Shown here piece after piece: positions 61,522 through 64,000 of a stretch of DNA of 64,000 nucleotides. The stretch covers positions 96,001 through 160,000 of the forward strand of contig JAEOUA010000012.1 of the NCBI GenBank assembly GCA_016839555.1, in the 5' to 3' direction. The position numbers and the translations under genes were made by a program. How positions within the stretch are numbered: the stretch's first letter is position 1; each line of letters opens with the position of its first letter. The DNA comes from Promethearchaeota archaeon (GTDB taxonomy: Archaea; Asgardarchaeota; Lokiarchaeia; Sigyniarchaeales; SOKP01). Below the pieces are notes generated by a model. The model was not told where the DNA came from. It made no database searches and saw only the letters and a list, made by a program, of their open reading frames with translations.

Positions 61522-63030
61522 ATGTCTACAATTTATAATGAATTAAAAAAAGTAGTTTCAGAGAAATATATCTCAAATAGCATCTATATTAGACATGCAT
61601 ATTCGAGAGTTGTAGATCCTGTCTTACAAGGTATTCCCGATATCGTTATTAGACCAAAAGATGCGCATGAAATCTCCGAGATCCTTAAAATAGCTAATTC
61701 CAATAATGTTCCAGTTTTACCTAGAGGTGGTGGATGTGGTGAATTTGGAGGAGCTAAACCCATTAAAGATGGAGGTATTGTATTAGATTTAAAACGTATG
61801 GAAAATATCATTGATTTCGATCAAGATAATCTTATAGTAACCGTCGAAGCTGGTATATCATGGGGGAAATTGAATGAGTATTTATCTGATTTTGGTTTAT
61901 ACACAGGTTGTCTTGGTCCAGGAAGTGGTATGACGGCATCTGTAGGAGGTGGAATTTCCCATCATTCAGTTGGAGGAGGAGGATGTGCGAAATATGGAGC
62001 TTGTACAAATCATTTAGTGGGTTTAGAAGTCGTTTTACCGACTGGTGAGATAATTGAGACCGCTTCAAAAGCTAATAAATTTACTAAATTTCCTTTTAAT
62101 CGTTTCGGGAATGGTCCTGATTTAACCGGACTATTTTGTGGAGATAATGGTATATTGGGAGTAAAAACTAAAGCCTCATTAAAAGCTTATCCAAAACCTC
62201 AATTTGCTGCTTATAAAACCTTTCTGATGCCACGTAAATCTATGGAATTATCATCTGAAATCTTTTTAGAAATGCGAAAGAAAGGTCTAGATGTGTATGA
62301 TTCAATGTACTTTATGGATTTACTAGTGGCTGTCGGATGTGAGCATGGTCTATTTCCAATGTGGGAGGATTTAAAACGAAAAAGAGGCATAATGTTCTAT
62401 ACTGTTGAGGCAAATTCTGAGAAAGAACTAAGTGAGAAAGTGGAACAATTAGATAAATTATTCATAGAAAGAAAAGCAACAGAATTGGGACCAGAAATCG
62501 CTGATGGAAATATTGCTAAATGGGATTATGAGGAACAAGGACATTGGCTAATTGCTCATAATTTGTGGGGACTTATCCCTGGCTTTTCACCTTTAGATGC
62601 TGAGTGTCATACTGCCATTAATACATATCCATCAATCATGAAAGATGTAGAACTATGGGATATGGAACATTCAGAGGATATGAATAAGGTACTCGAAATA
62701 ACTGGTATGCGACCAATTTCCGGAACAGGACCTGTAATATTAATTAAAGATAATAATGTGGAATTAACCACAGGATTTACAAGTTTTGAAAGTTATTATG
62801 AGGGTAAATATCATGAAGAACTTAGAGAAATTAATTTAAAACTTTGGAAATCCATGCTAAAAAGAATTACTAAACATGGTGTATCTTGGTATATGATGGG
62901 AGATATTCTGAGCAGACTTCTCGTTGAAATTGGAGCGTTTAGAACGGAATATTTCAATTTATTGAAGCTTTTAAAAAATACCCTCGATCCTAGGCATATA
63001 TTAAGCAGAGGTAAATTTAACTTTTGGTAG
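61522..63030 (+). CDS. FAD-binding oxidoreductase (GlcD/VAO family)
   Basis: PDIVIRP, PRGGG, LDLKRME, VEAGI, GLEVVLPTGE, LDPRHIL. Confidence 0.88.
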   Translation: MSTIYNELKKVVSEKYISNSIYIRHAYSRVVDPVLQGIPDIVIRPKDAHEISEILKIANSNNVPVLPRGGGCGEFGGAKPIKDGGIVLDLKRMENIIDFDQDNLIVTVEAGISWGKLNEYLSDFGLYTGCLGPGSGMTASVGGGISHHSVGGGGCAKYGACTNHLVGLEVVLPTGEIIETASKANKFTKFPFNRFGNGPDLTGLFCGDNGILGVKTKASLKAYPKPQFAAYKTFLMPRKSMELSSEIFLEMRKKGLDVYDSMYFMDLLVAVGCEHGLFPMWEDLKRKRGIMFYTVEANSEKELSEKVEQLDKLFIERKATELGPEIADGNIAKWDYEEQGHWLIAHNLWGLIPGFSPLDAECHTAINTYPSIMKDVELWDMEHSEDMNKVLEITGMRPISGTGPVILIKDNNVELTTGFTSFESYYEGKYHEELREINLKLWKSMLKRITKHGVSWYMMGDILSRLLVEIGAFRTEYFNLLKLLKNTLDPRHILSRGKFNFW

Positions 63031-63038
63031 AGGGAACT

Positions 63039-63992
63039 TCATCTCTGTATCTCTGCGGGAAGATAGAAAGGATAATTTTTTCTTAATATTTTAGTATGGA
63101 TAAATCTATCTAATTTTCGAACTCTTTGAAAAATTTCCCACATATTCGCATCACTTTTATAATAATCAAATATTTCTTGCCCCTCTATGGGAGTAAGTTC
63201 GTGGTCAGCAGCTTCTTCTCTTAAAAATGTGTTCGCAAGATCTATTAAGGTAGGAATAAATTCAGGTAATTGCTCCTTATAAAAATTTGCGATTAAATCG
63301 ATAATGACCCTTCGAAAATCATAATATCTATCCACAGTATCTTGAAGAAATAAGGCTTTAAGGAGCCAACGTAAAAAAGAGGGAGCGCTTTTAAGTAGTA
63401 ATTCGGGCTCCATCGCTTCATTACCATTTATTCTAAATAAAGGTGTACTGGTATCTAAATATCCAAGTTTAGTATTTTTTTCGATTTTTGGATTATTCAT
63501 ATTATAATCAATCACTATGAAATTAGAAATCTGCCCATCTAATGCCACTTCATAAGTTTGGCTCTTTTTATTAAAATCCCAAACTTTTTTCATTTCCCTT
63601 AATACGAGAAGGACTAAAAGCTTCACTTGTTCCTTTGATAGGTGATGAATGATTTTATCTCCAACAGAATTAACATCAATCATTTCTTGAATACAATAAA
63701 ATTGTATTTTTCCCATATCGTCTTTAAACCATGCAACATCATAATCAGGCAACTTTAACCCTATTTTTTCAAGCAATTCATTATAGGTTTTATAAGCCCA
63801 AACATGTCTTTTAACTTGACTTTCGTTATCAAAAATAGGGATTCTTTTATACGCTACATTCTGTCCTTTTATGGAAAATACAAGGCTTATCTCACCATAG
63901 CCCAGAATGTTGATAGGAATCTTACCGCGTTCTGGGTGAACGGTATCCAATGTTTTTTCAAATTCTTTTAATAATTCAATATCAATTTTCAT
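63039..63992 (-). CDS. Kinase-like hypothetical protein (DUF6206-like)
   Basis: LGYGEIS, AYKR, DGQISN, YLDTSTP, DLIANFYKE; family name from recall. Confidence 0.7.
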   Translation of the reverse strand: MKIDIELLKEFEKTLDTVHPERGKIPINILGYGEISLVFSIKGQNVAYKRIPIFDNESQVKRHVWAYKTYNELLEKIGLKLPDYDVAWFKDDMGKIQFYCIQEMIDVNSVGDKIIHHLSKEQVKLLVLLVLREMKKVWDFNKKSQTYEVALDGQISNFIVIDYNMNNPKIEKNTKLGYLDTSTPLFRINGNEAMEPELLLKSAPSFLRWLLKALFLQDTVDRYYDFRRVIIDLIANFYKEQLPEFIPTLIDLANTFLREEAADHELTPIEGQEIFDYYKSDANMWEIFQRVRKLDRFIHTKILRKNYPFYLPAEIQR

Positions 63993-64000
63993 GCTACATC

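Noticed and set aside
1-64000. CRISPR arrays, transposases, integrases, rRNA, selenoprotein UGA read-through or SECIS
   Set aside because: No regularly spaced repeats, mobile-element motifs, rRNA-like GC-rich tracts or convincing in-frame UGA seen by eye

Overview
AT-rich archaeal chromosomal window, most likely an Asgard archaeon (Lokiarchaeia/Promethearchaeota). This is inferred from the archaeal informational genes (eL43, eS8, SRP19, prefoldin beta, KEOPS Pcc1/Cgi121, proteasome beta, histone, Hef, ZPR1) together with longin-like, UBC-like and PCI-like domain proteins. It holds about 55 CDS, one tRNA-Pro(GGG), and no CRISPR or recognisable mobile element. The main finding lies below the ORF-track length cut-off: three short minus-strand leader ORFs, each enriched in the amino acid(s) linked to the gene that follows and each with an RNA hairpin and U-rich tract over or just after its stop. 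They are an Ile/Leu/Val-rich 34-mer before a 2-oxoacid:ferredoxin oxidoreductase operon (14595-14699), a Leu-rich 34-mer before leuA (37951-38055) and a WFWAWRW-containing 17-mer (58374-58427) in a decayed trp region that also holds an unannotated trpA fragment (60620-60865). Together they suggest bacterial-style, ribosome-mediated leader-peptide attenuation in an archaeon. Other notable loci: a six-gene ABC-2 exporter operon with unusual fusions (extracellular prenyltransferase-like repeats plus ATPase; UBC-like domain plus dead ATPase; longin-like domain plus TM helices), a 1471-aa prenyltransferase-repeat/coiled-coil/winged-helix membrane protein, and a methyltransferase plus HgcAB-like fusion. 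All family calls come from motif recognition by eye; no database searches were run.
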